From positions 1 to 39,428 of the IMG/VR virus record IMGVR_UViG_3300006169_000087: a stretch of 39,428 nt of DNA; one strand, 5' to 3'. Shown one piece after another: positions 6,925 to 15,569 of the stretch (its first letter is position 1; every line of letters starts with the position of its first letter). A model generated the notes under the pieces. The model was not told the origin of the DNA and made no database searches. It saw only the letters and a list, made by a program, of their open reading frames with translations. The DNA is from a virus. Taxonomy: Duplodnaviria; Caudoviricetes. The position numbers were made by a program, and so were the translations under genes.

Positions 6925-9260
6925 CGGAGCAGATCCCGGTCGCGTTCGCGGCCAAGCCGAACGACGCCCACTGGACCAACGACACCGTCACGTGGGACAC
7001 CATCCTGGAGTGGGTGGCCAAGCCCGCCAAGCGCAAGGAGTGCGGCAACTACATCCTCGCCACCCTGGAGCGTACCGAGAAGGTCCATGCAGGAGCGACC
7101 GAGCCCTGCACTGACGTTCACCGCGACAACCGCTCGGTCAGCCGTCGATCGGCCGTTCTCGCCCTCGACATCGACAACCCCGACTCGGACTTCGATCTCG
7201 TGGTGGAGACGATGCTGTTCGCCTACACCTACGTCATGCATACCACCCACTCGTCCACCCCGTCAGAGCCCCGCTACCGGCTCCTGATCCGCACCGACCG
7301 GGACATGGACCCGGACGAGTACGTGGAGGCCACGCAGGCGATGGCCAAGCGGCTCGGGTACGACCAGTTCGACACCGGCTCCTTCCAGGCCGCGAGGTTC
7401 ATGTTCAAGCCCGCGTGCCGGAAGCCGGAGTGGTACGACTCGTGGGTGAACGAGGGAGAGCCGGTCCAGGTGGACGACCTCCTGCTCGAGTACGACCGGG
7501 ACCTGTCCGAGAAGCCGATGCCCAAGCCGGGCAAGAACAAGCGGGATCCCTTCGAACTCGAGGACCCCATCGGTGCCTTCAACCGTGCATACGACGACCT
7601 GGACCTCCTGATCCACGAGTACCGTCTCCCGTACGAGAAGATCGCGGACGACCGCTACTCGCTTGAGGGCACGTCCTCCGAGGCTGGGTTCGGTCCCGTG
7701 TCTGGGGCACCCGGCCTCTTCTACTCCCACCACGCTGGCGACCCGGCGTACGGCAAGACCTGCTCCGCGTTCGACCTCGTCCGCCTCCACTGGTTCGGGG
7801 AGATGGACGAGCAGGCGAAGCCGGGCACCCCGGTCAACAAGTTGCCGTCGCACATGGAGATGCTGGCTGTGGCTAGCCGCGACACCCGCGTGGTGTCCGA
7901 CGTCTTCAGCCAGATCACCAGCGACTTCGACGTCATCGACGTGGACCAGGAGGAGGCAGACCACTCGTGGCGGGCCAACCTCATCCTCACGAGGCAGGGC
8001 CGCTTCCAAGACGACATCCGCAACTGGGACCTCATCCGGTCCAACGACCGGGTCTTCCAGTTGCTGTACTTCAACGAACTCACCATGTCCCCCGAGGTCC
8101 GGGGAGACCTGCCTTGGCGGACGGTGACGCCGATCACCCAGACCTTCGACGGGACGGACCACGCGAACCTCCGGGACTACCTGGAGCGGTCGTTCCAGTT
8201 CCGTCCGTCCAAGGAGCAGGTTGACCACCTGGTCATCACCCAGGCCTCCAAGCAGCGGATCAACCCCGTCAAGGAGTACCTGGAGTCCCTGAAGTGGGAC
8301 GGCAAGGAGCGGGTGGAGACGTCCCTCCCCGGCGCGGCCGACACCCGCTACAACCGGCTGGTGGCTCGTAAGATCCTCGCCGCAGCCGTGGCCCGCATGT
8401 ACGAGCCCGGCTTCAAGTGGGACCACACGCTCGTTCTCCAGGGTGGGGAGGGCCTCGGCAAGTCAACCTGGATCGAACGCCTCGCCTCGGTGGGGATCGA
8501 GCAGCGGCTCACGTACCACTACAGCCTGGCACAGATCAACAACAAGGACACCCTCCTCGCCATGCACCGCTCTTGGCTGGTGGTGGCGGACGAAGGGCAT
8601 TCGCTCAAGAAGTCGGACAACGACTCGCTCAAGGAGTTCCTGACCCGGACCCACGACGTCTTCCGGATGCCGTACGACCGGGACACCCAGGTCCACCCGC
8701 GCCGGTGCGTCATCTGGTCGACCACCAACGACGACACCTTCCTCCGGCGGCAGGAGGGCAACCGTCGCTTCCTGATGGTCAAGTGCCTGGAGAGGTTCGA
8801 CATCGACTCGATGACCCCGGACTACGTGGACCAGATCTGGGCCGAGGCCGTCGCCATCTACAAGGCCGGGGAGCGGCTCTACCTCACGGACGACGAAGCC
8901 CTGCTGGCGGAACTCAACCGTGAGGACTCGCTGGAGGAGGACACCAACGCCGGTGTCATCGCGCAGTTCCTGGAGACCAAGGTCCCGATGGACTGGTGGG
9001 ACAAGGCCCCGGCCCTCCGGGTCCAGTGGATGGACGATCTGGACCACGGCTTCGAGTCTGAGGGTGACGTCATCGTCAACCGCACCTGCACCCGTCAGTT
9101 GTGGCACGAGGCCCTCAAGCAGCGCATCCCTCCCCGGCGCGTTGACCTGCTCGAGATCTCCAACTCGCTGAAGGCCCTGGGCTGGGTCTCTTCCGGTATC
9201 CATCGCTTCCCTGGGTATGGACCCCAGACCGTCTTCGTCCGCAAGGAGGACCTGCTGTGA
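6921..9260 (+). CDS. DNA primase/polymerase fused to a VapE/VirE-like P-loop helicase
   Basis: N-terminal AEP motifs ALDID, HTTHSS.P..PRYRL; C-terminal GGEGLGKS Walker A, FRMPYDR...PRRCVIWSTTN...GNRRF. Confidence 0.92.
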   Translation: MTEQIPVAFAAKPNDAHWTNDTVTWDTILEWVAKPAKRKECGNYILATLERTEKVHAGATEPCTDVHRDNRSVSRRSAVLALDIDNPDSDFDLVVETMLFAYTYVMHTTHSSTPSEPRYRLLIRTDRDMDPDEYVEATQAMAKRLGYDQFDTGSFQAARFMFKPACRKPEWYDSWVNEGEPVQVDDLLLEYDRDLSEKPMPKPGKNKRDPFELEDPIGAFNRAYDDLDLLIHEYRLPYEKIADDRYSLEGTSSEAGFGPVSGAPGLFYSHHAGDPAYGKTCSAFDLVRLHWFGEMDEQAKPGTPVNKLPSHMEMLAVASRDTRVVSDVFSQITSDFDVIDVDQEEADHSWRANLILTRQGRFQDDIRNWDLIRSNDRVFQLLYFNELTMSPEVRGDLPWRTVTPITQTFDGTDHANLRDYLERSFQFRPSKEQVDHLVITQASKQRINPVKEYLESLKWDGKERVETSLPGAADTRYNRLVARKILAAAVARMYEPGFKWDHTLVLQGGEGLGKSTWIERLASVGIEQRLTYHYSLAQINNKDTLLAMHRSWLVVADEGHSLKKSDNDSLKEFLTRTHDVFRMPYDRDTQVHPRRCVIWSTTNDDTFLRRQEGNRRFLMVKCLERFDIDSMTPDYVDQIWAEAVAIYKAGERLYLTDDEALLAELNREDSLEEDTNAGVIAQFLETKVPMDWWDKAPALRVQWMDDLDHGFESEGDVIVNRTCTRQLWHEALKQRIPPRRVDLLEISNSLKALGWVSSGIHRFPGYGPQTVFVRKEDLL

Positions 9261-10006
9261 CCGACATCCTCTCCATCGTGGAGAAGTTCAGCATGACCAT
9301 CGAGGGTCCTCCTCCGGGCCGGGACTCCTGGTTCCTGGACTACGTGCTCCGCTCTCCCCGGCAGGCCGGGAAGCACCTCACCGCCGGGTGGCTGGCGCTC
9401 AACTCGCTGAAGGAGGTGTACCGGCAGGCGGACGACATCCTCACCTGCCGTGAGTACTTCGGAGGCATGGGAGCCCAGGCCCTGATGGTGCAGCGGCTCT
9501 TCAACCTCGACTACCACATGGTCCTGGAGTACAACCAGGACGCCGTGGACCACATGCGCCGGGTGCTGCCCAAGCAGGTAGGAACCAAGCAGGCCGACTC
9601 CTACGAGCCCCAGCAGACGCAGGAGGCTGACCTGGTCGTCCTGGACTTCGGGGATCTCACGGCGTGGAAGACTCGGGAGGGGGAGCAGCACCGTGAACTG
9701 CTCGACCGGGTCTTCCTGCTGGAGCCCAAGGCCGTGGTGTTCACCGACATCGCCTGCCGGTATCTCCACCTTCACAGGGAGCGGTACGAGGGCCTCCTCG
9801 GGGCTGGCACGTGCGGGTCGTACCCGACGTACCTCTGGGCTCTCCTCGCCCGTCTCCAGGCCCTCTACGGGTACCGGCTCCAGGCCGGGTACATGGACCG
9901 CTGGAGCACCGTGATGGCTCTGGTGCCTGAGGACGCGCCGGGGGAGACGACCCAGGCCTCTCTCAACGACACTCCGGACTCCCCCGTAGGGCTCGAGATC
10001 CTGTAG
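9257..10006 (+). CDS. class I SAM-dependent methyltransferase-like protein
   Basis: Rossmann order: REYFGGMG (motif I), HMVLE (acidic end of beta-2), QADS (beta-3), DLVVLDF (beta-4). No DPPY or PC catalytic motif. Confidence 0.6.
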   Translation: MTDILSIVEKFSMTIEGPPPGRDSWFLDYVLRSPRQAGKHLTAGWLALNSLKEVYRQADDILTCREYFGGMGAQALMVQRLFNLDYHMVLEYNQDAVDHMRRVLPKQVGTKQADSYEPQQTQEADLVVLDFGDLTAWKTREGEQHRELLDRVFLLEPKAVVFTDIACRYLHLHRERYEGLLGAGTCGSYPTYLWALLARLQALYGYRLQAGYMDRWSTVMALVPEDAPGETTQASLNDTPDSPVGLEIL

Positions 10007-10011
10007 TCTCG

Positions 10012-10111
10012 CCATCTCGAAAACTTTTTCTACGAAACCCTACCGTCCCGGACGATCGTCCGTTATCGTTCTAGGTGTGGCCCCGCCGGGGCCGGAACCG
10101 GAGGAACCAAG
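10012..10111 (+). promoter_or_regulatory. conserved promoter/leader cassette P1
   Basis: A/T tract, CTACCG (10040)-18 bp-TATCGT (10064), spacer palindrome CGGACGATCGTCCG, hairpin, GAACCGGAGGAACC. Confidence 0.8.
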
Positions 10112-10258
10112 ATGGACGAGATCACCACGACCCTGGTGGCCCAGCGAAACGACCTCGGCGTCGAGCACCCCGACTACGTCGCCGCTGCGACTGCCGCCGG
10201 TCGCTGCGTCTCGCACCCGGCCTACGAGCCCGACTACTGCCCCGCTCGGACCTGGTGA
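10112..10258 (+). CDS. hypothetical protein (48 aa)
   Basis: Manual ORF MDEITTTLVAQ...CPARTW* directly after the P1 RBS. Confidence 0.65.
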   Translation: MDEITTTLVAQRNDLGVEHPDYVAAATAAGRCVSHPAYEPDYCPARTW

Positions 10259-10261
10259 GTC

Positions 10262-10444
10262 ATGTCGGCCCCCACCCACGCCAAGGCGTTCAACAGCCCG
10301 CTCCGCCACCTGCTCGTGGCGGGCACCAAGACCACCAAGTGTGGCAAGGACGCCACGCTGATGGCGAGGTTCTCGATGAGTGACCTCCCGTCCGGCGAGC
10401 GGACCAACGGTAGAGACTGCGAGACCTGCCGGAGGAGCCAGTGA
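10262..10444 (+). CDS. small Zn-finger-like protein
   Basis: H...TKCG...CETC. Confidence 0.65.
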   Translation: MSAPTHAKAFNSPLRHLLVAGTKTTKCGKDATLMARFSMSDLPSGERTNGRDCETCRRSQ

Positions 10445-10653
10445 TGATGGACCTCCACGTCCCGAGCGAGAACACCGCCAAGGCGCTCGCCACGACCGTC
10501 GGGTACATCACCGACCGGCTCGACGCCGTGGTGATCTCCCACGAGCCCAGCAAGATCTACGAGGGCTCCATCCATCTGGTGCTCGCCGGGAACGATCGCG
10601 ACCTCGCGACCGCTGCCGAGCGGGCCTCCCGGATTGGCGGGGTGGTGGACTGA
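10441..10653 (+). CDS. hypothetical protein
   Basis: Coupled ORF (GTGA overlap). Confidence 0.65.
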   Translation: MMMDLHVPSENTAKALATTVGYITDRLDAVVISHEPSKIYEGSIHLVLAGNDRDLATAAERASRIGGVVD

Positions 10654-10729
10654 CACTCCGAAGAGAAACCGGCCCTCAGCCCGGCGACCAGGCTAGGCTG
10701 AGAGCCTCGTTCTACGAAAGGAACCGACC

Positions 10730-10993
10730 ATGAGCATGAAGGCTCTGCGCAAGGCGCTGAAGGACAAGAACGTCGACAAGTTCGAGACCGGAACCGTGAT
10801 CCGCTGGGTCCGCTCCGGCAAGTACAACTACGCGGCGATCAAGGCGGGGAACGGTGCGTGGTACACCACGGCTGCGTCGTTCAACTCCTTCGTCAACCAG
10901 ATCCTGTCCTTCGACGACCTGATCGACACGCTGGCGGACAGCGAGGTCGACGAGATCGAGGTCTCCTCCGCGTGGGAGGCTCTCAAGCAGTAG
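10730..10993 (+). CDS. hypothetical protein
   Basis: RBS GAAAGGAACCGACC-ATG; 'GTVIRW...YNYAAIKAGNGAWYTT'. Confidence 0.8.
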   Translation: MSMKALRKALKDKNVDKFETGTVIRWVRSGKYNYAAIKAGNGAWYTTAASFNSFVNQILSFDDLIDTLADSEVDEIEVSSAWEALKQ

Positions 10994-11049
10994 GCTCGCC
11001 TACGCACAACCCGCACCACGTCACTTCCGACACAACGAGAGAAGGCATC
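10991..11049 (+). promoter_or_regulatory. TAGGCT promoter plus AC-rich leader (copy 1)
   Basis: TAGGCT-7 nt-GCACAACCCGCA.CACG...GACAC.ACGA.AGAAGG, shared with 14801-14862. Confidence 0.65.
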
Positions 11050-11415
11050 ATGCACATCAGCATCAACACCGACGAGGCCCTGAGCGACGTCGACAAGCAG
11101 ATCCTGGCGGTGCTCGCCGGTGGGGTCTCCGCTCCCAAGGCTTCTCCGGCCCCGGCTGCCGAGGCCGCGCCCAAGTCCACCCCGAAGGCCTCCAAGCCCG
11201 TCGAGGAGCCCGAGGAGGCTGCCGACGAGCCCGCCGAGGAGGAGTCGACCGAGGAGAGCGGCACCACGCTCGAGGAGGCCGTGGCTCTGGCCACCAAGAT
11301 GGTCTCCAACGGTGAGGCGAAGAAGGTCAAGGAGGCCCTGGGCACCGTCGGCGCCAAGAAGGTGTCCGAGATCCCGGCCGACAAGGTCGACGAGTTCGTC
11401 GCCGCGCTCGGCTGA
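11050..11415 (+). CDS. hypothetical protein with Ala/Pro/Glu linker and small C-terminal helical domain (typical gene upstream of DUF2800)
   Basis: MHISINTD...; C-terminal 'VKEALGTVGAKKVSEIPADKVDEF'. Confidence 0.75.
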   Translation: MHISINTDEALSDVDKQILAVLAGGVSAPKASPAPAAEAAPKSTPKASKPVEEPEEAADEPAEEESTEESGTTLEEAVALATKMVSNGEAKKVKEALGTVGAKKVSEIPADKVDEFVAALG

Positions 11416-11435
11416 CGGACGGAAGGGAACCGGGC

Positions 11436-11588
11436 ATGGAGATCGAGCAGGGCAGGTTCGGCTGCCCCGAGTGCCCCGACCGTTTCAAGACGGTTGGTGA
11501 CAAGCGGAGGCATATCCGGGCCGAGCACACCGACGAGCAGGACCTCGAGTCTCTGCCGTTGGACGAGCGCGTGAGGAACGGTCTCTGA
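11436..11588 (+). CDS. C2H2 zinc-finger microprotein (50 aa)
   Basis: Manual translation MEIEQGRFGCPECPDRFKTVGDKRRHIRAEHTDEQ...; RBS GGAAGGGAACC; stop overlaps the next ATG. Confidence 0.7.
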   Translation: MEIEQGRFGCPECPDRFKTVGDKRRHIRAEHTDEQDLESLPLDERVRNGL

Positions 11589-12781
11589 TGGCCGGGCAGC
11601 ACGCCAGGCTCTCGCCTTCGGACGCTGAGCGCTGGATCTCCTGCCCGGCTGCCATCCGCGCCGAGGAGGAGTCGGGGATCCACGAGGAGGAGTCGTCCTA
11701 CGCTCGCGAGGGTACGGCGGCTCACGCGCTGGGCGAGATCAAGGCGAGCCTGGCGTTCGGGAAGATCACCAAGCGGCAGGCGACTGCTCGCCGGGCCGCG
11801 TGGGCCAAGGAGTTCGAGGAGTACGCCGAAGACCCCGAGGTCATGATCGAGATGGAGGAGCACACCGACGCCTATGTCGCGCTCCTCCAGGAGAGGATGG
11901 AGTTGCACCCCAACTCCGTCCTCTTCCTCGAGATCCGTGTCTTCCCCGGTGTCCCCGAGTGTTGGGGGACCTCGGATGCCATCATCGTGTCTCCGGTCCA
12001 CATCGAGGTCATCGACTTCAAGTACGGGGCCGGGGTCGCTGTGGAGGCTCACGGCAACCCGCAGTTGCGTCTCTACGGCAAGGGTGCCCTGGAGGAGTAC
12101 GGCAACCTGCTCGGCGACACGGAGTTGATCCGGATCACTGTGCACCAGCCCCGGATGAACCACGTCCTGACCGAGGAGATGACCCCCGAGTCCCTCACCA
12201 AGTGGGTGGACGACGAGGTCATCCCCAGGGCGAACCTGGCCCTCTCTGACGACGCGCCGTTCGGCCCGTCTGATGAGGCCTGCCGCTGGTGCCCGCTCTC
12301 GGGCCGGTGCCGGGCGCAGTTGGAGTCCATCTTCGACTCGGTCGACTTCGAGGTCGAGCCCGCCACGTTGTCCCCGGACGAGTTGTCCGAGGTCTACGCG
12401 CAGCGGAAGCGAATCCAGGACTGGCTCAACGCGCTGGAGGTCGCCGCGCTCGACACGGCGTACTCCCAGGGCCTCCCGCTCAAGGGCTTCAAGGTGGTCC
12501 TGTCCGGCGGGCAGCGTCGGGTCAGCAAGCCGGACGACGCCATCGACACCCTCGCCGGGGCCGGATACGACCGGGACGACTTCATGGTCGAGAAGGTCAA
12601 GGGCATCGGCGACCTGGAGAAGTTGCTCGGCAAGGACCAGTTCAAGGAGTTGCTCGAGGACACCGGCATCGTGACCAAGTCCGAGGGCAAGCCCGCGCTG
12701 GCTCCTGAGTCGGACAAGCGTCCGGCCATCGCCCCCAACTCCGAGGCTGCCAAGGAGTTCGCTGCGGAGGATCTGATCTGA
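11588..12781 (+). CDS. DUF2800 / Cas4-like PD-(D/E)xK exonuclease
   Basis: HARLSPS.A.RW..CP, A.EGTAAH, WGTSD, VIDFKYG.G..V....NPQL.LY, CRWC.....C. Confidence 0.92.
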   Translation: MAGQHARLSPSDAERWISCPAAIRAEEESGIHEEESSYAREGTAAHALGEIKASLAFGKITKRQATARRAAWAKEFEEYAEDPEVMIEMEEHTDAYVALLQERMELHPNSVLFLEIRVFPGVPECWGTSDAIIVSPVHIEVIDFKYGAGVAVEAHGNPQLRLYGKGALEEYGNLLGDTELIRITVHQPRMNHVLTEEMTPESLTKWVDDEVIPRANLALSDDAPFGPSDEACRWCPLSGRCRAQLESIFDSVDFEVEPATLSPDELSEVYAQRKRIQDWLNALEVAALDTAYSQGLPLKGFKVVLSGGQRRVSKPDDAIDTLAGAGYDRDDFMVEKVKGIGDLEKLLGKDQFKELLEDTGIVTKSEGKPALAPESDKRPAIAPNSEAAKEFAAEDLI

Positions 12782-13089
12782 TGGCCGACAAGCACCCTGG
12801 GTACGTGGACGGTACCGAGCAGTTCGTCGCCGCCGTCTGGTACGCGATGAAGGAGGCGGAGCGCGAGTACCACGCGAACCGTCGCAAGATCGAGACCGGT
12901 CGCCTCAACCGCTGGTACTTCCTCCGGCGCGTCCAGAAGGCTCTCGGACTGGAACCGGCCCGCACCAACTACGGGATCATGCGGGCCGAACTCGAGGAGT
13001 TCGCTCTCACCTTCGGCGTGGACGGGAAGCACCCCGACGCGCCGGTCAGCAAAGCCAACCTGCAAGCACAGAAGGAGTTCGGACAGTGA
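12781..13089 (+). CDS. hypothetical protein
   Basis: Coupled ORF (TGATG). Confidence 0.7.
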   Translation: MADKHPGYVDGTEQFVAAVWYAMKEAEREYHANRRKIETGRLNRWYFLRRVQKALGLEPARTNYGIMRAELEEFALTFGVDGKHPDAPVSKANLQAQKEFGQ

Positions 13090-13343
13090 AGGTCAACATC
13101 TACGAGACGATCGAGGTCTCGGACGAGCAGCGGGTCCACCTGGCAGTGGTCCTCGACGGCGGGAAGATCAAGCCCAAGCGGCAGGCGACCCGCGACGAGA
13201 TCAAGGCGTTCGTCTGGGCCGAGGGCTCGGACTGGGAGATCGCTCTCGCCGACCAGTACAACGAGGCCCTGGCCGACGGCGGCAACGAGCCGGAGCCCGA
13301 GGACGACCTCATCGGTGACGACGACGGCATGGACCTTATCTGA
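13086..13343 (+). CDS. hypothetical protein with acidic DLI tail
   Basis: Coupled ORF; ends EDDLIGDDDGMDLI. Confidence 0.7.
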   Translation: MKVNIYETIEVSDEQRVHLAVVLDGGKIKPKRQATRDEIKAFVWAEGSDWEIALADQYNEALADGGNEPEPEDDLIGDDDGMDLI

Positions 13344-13759
13344 TGTCGCGGCCGACCTGGGACGAGTGGGGTCTGGCTCTGGCCAAGACCGTAGCCACTC
13401 GAGCCGACTGCACTCGTCGCCAGGTCGGTGCCGTCCTCATGACCCCCGATCACTCCATCGTAGCCACCGGCTACAACGGTGCTCCAGCAGGCGAGAAGGG
13501 GTGTCTGACGGCCTCGGCGTGTCCTCGTGGGCGAATGTCTACCGAGGCCGTCGAACCCGGCTCTTCGTACGACACGGGAGCCGGAGCCTGCATCGCCATC
13601 CACGCCGAGCAGAACGCACTCCTCAGGGCGACCTGGGACGACATGTTCGGCGCCACCCTGTACATCACCGACGAGCCGTGCGACGGCTGCTGGCGCATGA
13701 TCCGCGCCACCCCCATACAGATGGTCGTCTACCCGACCGGAACCCGGAGGAACCGATGA
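13343..13759 (+). CDS. dCMP deaminase
   Basis: RP.WDE, C.RRQVGA, TGYNG, HAEQNA, PCDGC Zn-deaminase motifs. Confidence 0.95.
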   Translation: MSRPTWDEWGLALAKTVATRADCTRRQVGAVLMTPDHSIVATGYNGAPAGEKGCLTASACPRGRMSTEAVEPGSSYDTGAGACIAIHAEQNALLRATWDDMFGATLYITDEPCDGCWRMIRATPIQMVVYPTGTRRNR

Positions 13760-14214
13760 AGATCTACCTGGCCGCGCCGTACGCTGGTCGCGACATCCTG
13801 AAGGAGCACCTGGACTTCTGGACCGACCACGGCCACGGCCACGAGGTCACCTGTGGATGGGTCCAGGGCACTCGCCCGCTCGGCACGGAGTCGTACGGCA
13901 TCTCCGCCGTGAGCACCGATGAGGAGGTCGAGGCCCACGCTCGGATGGACCTCGAGGACATCGACCGGGCGGACGCCGTGGTTCACTACACCGCGCAGTA
14001 CCTCCAGTCTCTGGACACCTCCCTCGGATCGGTCACCCACAATCTCCACTCCGGCGGTCGCCACGTGGAGACCGGGTACGCGATTGCCAAGAACAAGCCG
14101 GTCGTCATCCTCGGCCCCAGGGAGAACATCTTCCAGCGCGGCCTGTGTCTCTGGGCCGATGACCTGGACGGTGCTCTGAAGGCGCTCGAGTTGGTGGAGG
14201 TGGTCCTCCCGTGA
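13756..14214 (+). CDS. nucleoside 2-deoxyribosyltransferase-like nucleotide N-glycosidase
   Basis: MKIYLAAPY, DLEDIDRADAV, SGGRHVETGYA.A..KPV. Confidence 0.8.
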   Translation: MKIYLAAPYAGRDILKEHLDFWTDHGHGHEVTCGWVQGTRPLGTESYGISAVSTDEEVEAHARMDLEDIDRADAVVHYTAQYLQSLDTSLGSVTHNLHSGGRHVETGYAIAKNKPVVILGPRENIFQRGLCLWADDLDGALKALELVEVVLP

Positions 14215-14351
14215 GGCTCTCCGGGCCGGTCTTGCCTCCCGAGGAGGACCCGTTGGCCCCGGCCCGTGGATGCCTCTTCGCTCTTCTCATCAGCGGGGTG
14301 TTCCTCTTCATCCTCGCCGTCATCCTGTACCTCGTTCTCACCCTCAACTAA
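14211..14351 (+). CDS. small membrane protein (46 aa)
   Basis: Manual ORF with a C-terminal hydrophobic helix CLFALLISGVFLFILAVILYLVLTLN. Confidence 0.6.
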   Translation: MRLSGPVLPPEEDPLAPARGCLFALLISGVFLFILAVILYLVLTLN

Positions 14352-14360
14352 GGAGCCCAG

Positions 14361-14768
14361 ATGGCCACCAGCAGCAAGGTCAAGTTCAACCTCAAGACCC
14401 TGAAGGAGAAGGCGCTCGAGTCGATCGACGAGCGCATCGGTCGAGCCCAGACCGAGGTCGACTCCTTCGCGGACGAGTCGGCCATGGACGCCATGGTCGC
14501 CTCTTGGCGCGCCGACCAGGAGAAGCGGGTCTCCGACCTGTTCTCCCGGCTGGGCGACGGACGGCTCCGGGACCGGGAGTTGGCCGACTTCCGCATCCAG
14601 CCGATGCCCGACATCTCCAACCGTGACCGCTACCGCGCCGAGGCCCGGCTCCGCGACCTCAAGGACACCCGGTCCGAGATCGTCGCCAAGGCTGACTCCC
14701 TGGTGGCGGACGCGGACGGCAACATCTCCCTCACCAAGACCCAGTTGTCCGAGTTCTTCGGCCTCTGA
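14361..14768 (+). CDS. hypothetical helical protein
   Basis: RBS AAGGAG; good codon usage. Confidence 0.8.
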   Translation: MATSSKVKFNLKTLKEKALESIDERIGRAQTEVDSFADESAMDAMVASWRADQEKRVSDLFSRLGDGRLRDRELADFRIQPMPDISNRDRYRAEARLRDLKDTRSEIVAKADSLVADADGNISLTKTQLSEFFGL

Positions 14769-14800
14769 GCAGAGCCGGGTCCGGGTGGCGCTGGGCCAGG

Positions 14801-14862
14801 TAGGCTGTACCTCGCACAACCCGCAACACGACACAACGACACCACGATAGAAGGAGCCTCTT
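14801..14862 (+). promoter_or_regulatory. TAGGCT promoter plus AC-rich leader (copy 2)
   Basis: CCAGG-TAGGCT-7 nt-GCACAACCCGCAACACGACACAACGACACCACGATAGAAGG. Confidence 0.65.
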
Positions 14863-15429
14863 ATGGCCACCACCGCCTCGGCGACCAAGGTCGTCACCGG
14901 CACTGTCCGCCTCTCGTACGTGCACCTCTTCGAGCCGTACGCGCAGGACTCGGACCAGGAGGAGAAGTACTCCTGTGTCATCCTGATCCCGAAGTCGGAC
15001 AGCAAGACCCTCGCCAAGATCGACAAGGCCATCAAGGCCGCTGCCGAGCAGGGCAAGCACTCCAAGTTCGACGGGAAGATCCCGGCGAACCTCGTCACCA
15101 CCCTGCACGACGGGGACGAGGAGGGCGACCTCGAGAAGAACCCGGAGTACGAGGGTCACATGTTCATGTCCATCTCGAGCAAGACGAAGCCCGGCATCGT
15201 CGACTCGGACGTGAACCCCATCCTGGACTCGACGGAGGTCTACTCCGGCGCGTACGCCAGGGTCAGCATCAACGCCTTCCCCTACAACTACAAGGGGAAG
15301 AAGGGCGTCTCGTTCGGTCTCAACCACGTGCAGAAGGTCAAGGACGGGGACTTCCTCGGTGGCCGGAGCCGTGCTGAGGACGACTTCGAGCCGCTCGACG
15401 AGGACGGCGACGGCGAGGACCTCATCTGA
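14863..15429 (+). CDS. DUF2815 family single-stranded DNA-binding protein
   Basis: VRLSYVHLFEP, KYSCVILIPK, L.DGD, EVYSGAYARV, GVSFGLN.VQK..DG..LGG, acidic tail. Confidence 0.92.
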   Translation: MATTASATKVVTGTVRLSYVHLFEPYAQDSDQEEKYSCVILIPKSDSKTLAKIDKAIKAAAEQGKHSKFDGKIPANLVTTLHDGDEEGDLEKNPEYEGHMFMSISSKTKPGIVDSDVNPILDSTEVYSGAYARVSINAFPYNYKGKKGVSFGLNHVQKVKDGDFLGGRSRAEDDFEPLDEDGDGEDLI

Positions 15430-15443
15430 GGCTCTCGGCCTAG

Positions 15444-15546
15444 CCTGACGAGCCGTTCGTCAGGTACGCTGGGTGTCACGCCCCAGCGGCTTGGATGCAG
15501 GGAGGGATCCGGTTCCCCCGACCTTCCCGAGCCGCTGGGGCGTGAC
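15444..15546 (+). promoter_or_regulatory. structured intergenic region upstream of the DNA polymerase
   Basis: 8-bp hairpin at 15444-15464, TACGCT at 15465, then a perfect 17-bp stem 15475-15491/15530-15546. Confidence 0.55.
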
Positions 15547-15569
15547 TCGTCTCTCACCAAGGAACCGAC

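Noticed and set aside
9257-10006. Conventional DNA adenine or cytosine methyltransferase of a restriction-modification system
   Set aside because: No DPPY/NPPY/SPPY or PC motif and no partner endonuclease
11588-12781. Cas4-like gene as a sign of a CRISPR-Cas system
   Set aside because: It is the standard DUF2800 phage exonuclease in a DUF2800-DUF2815-PolA module. No other cas genes and no regularly spaced repeat-spacer array are present.
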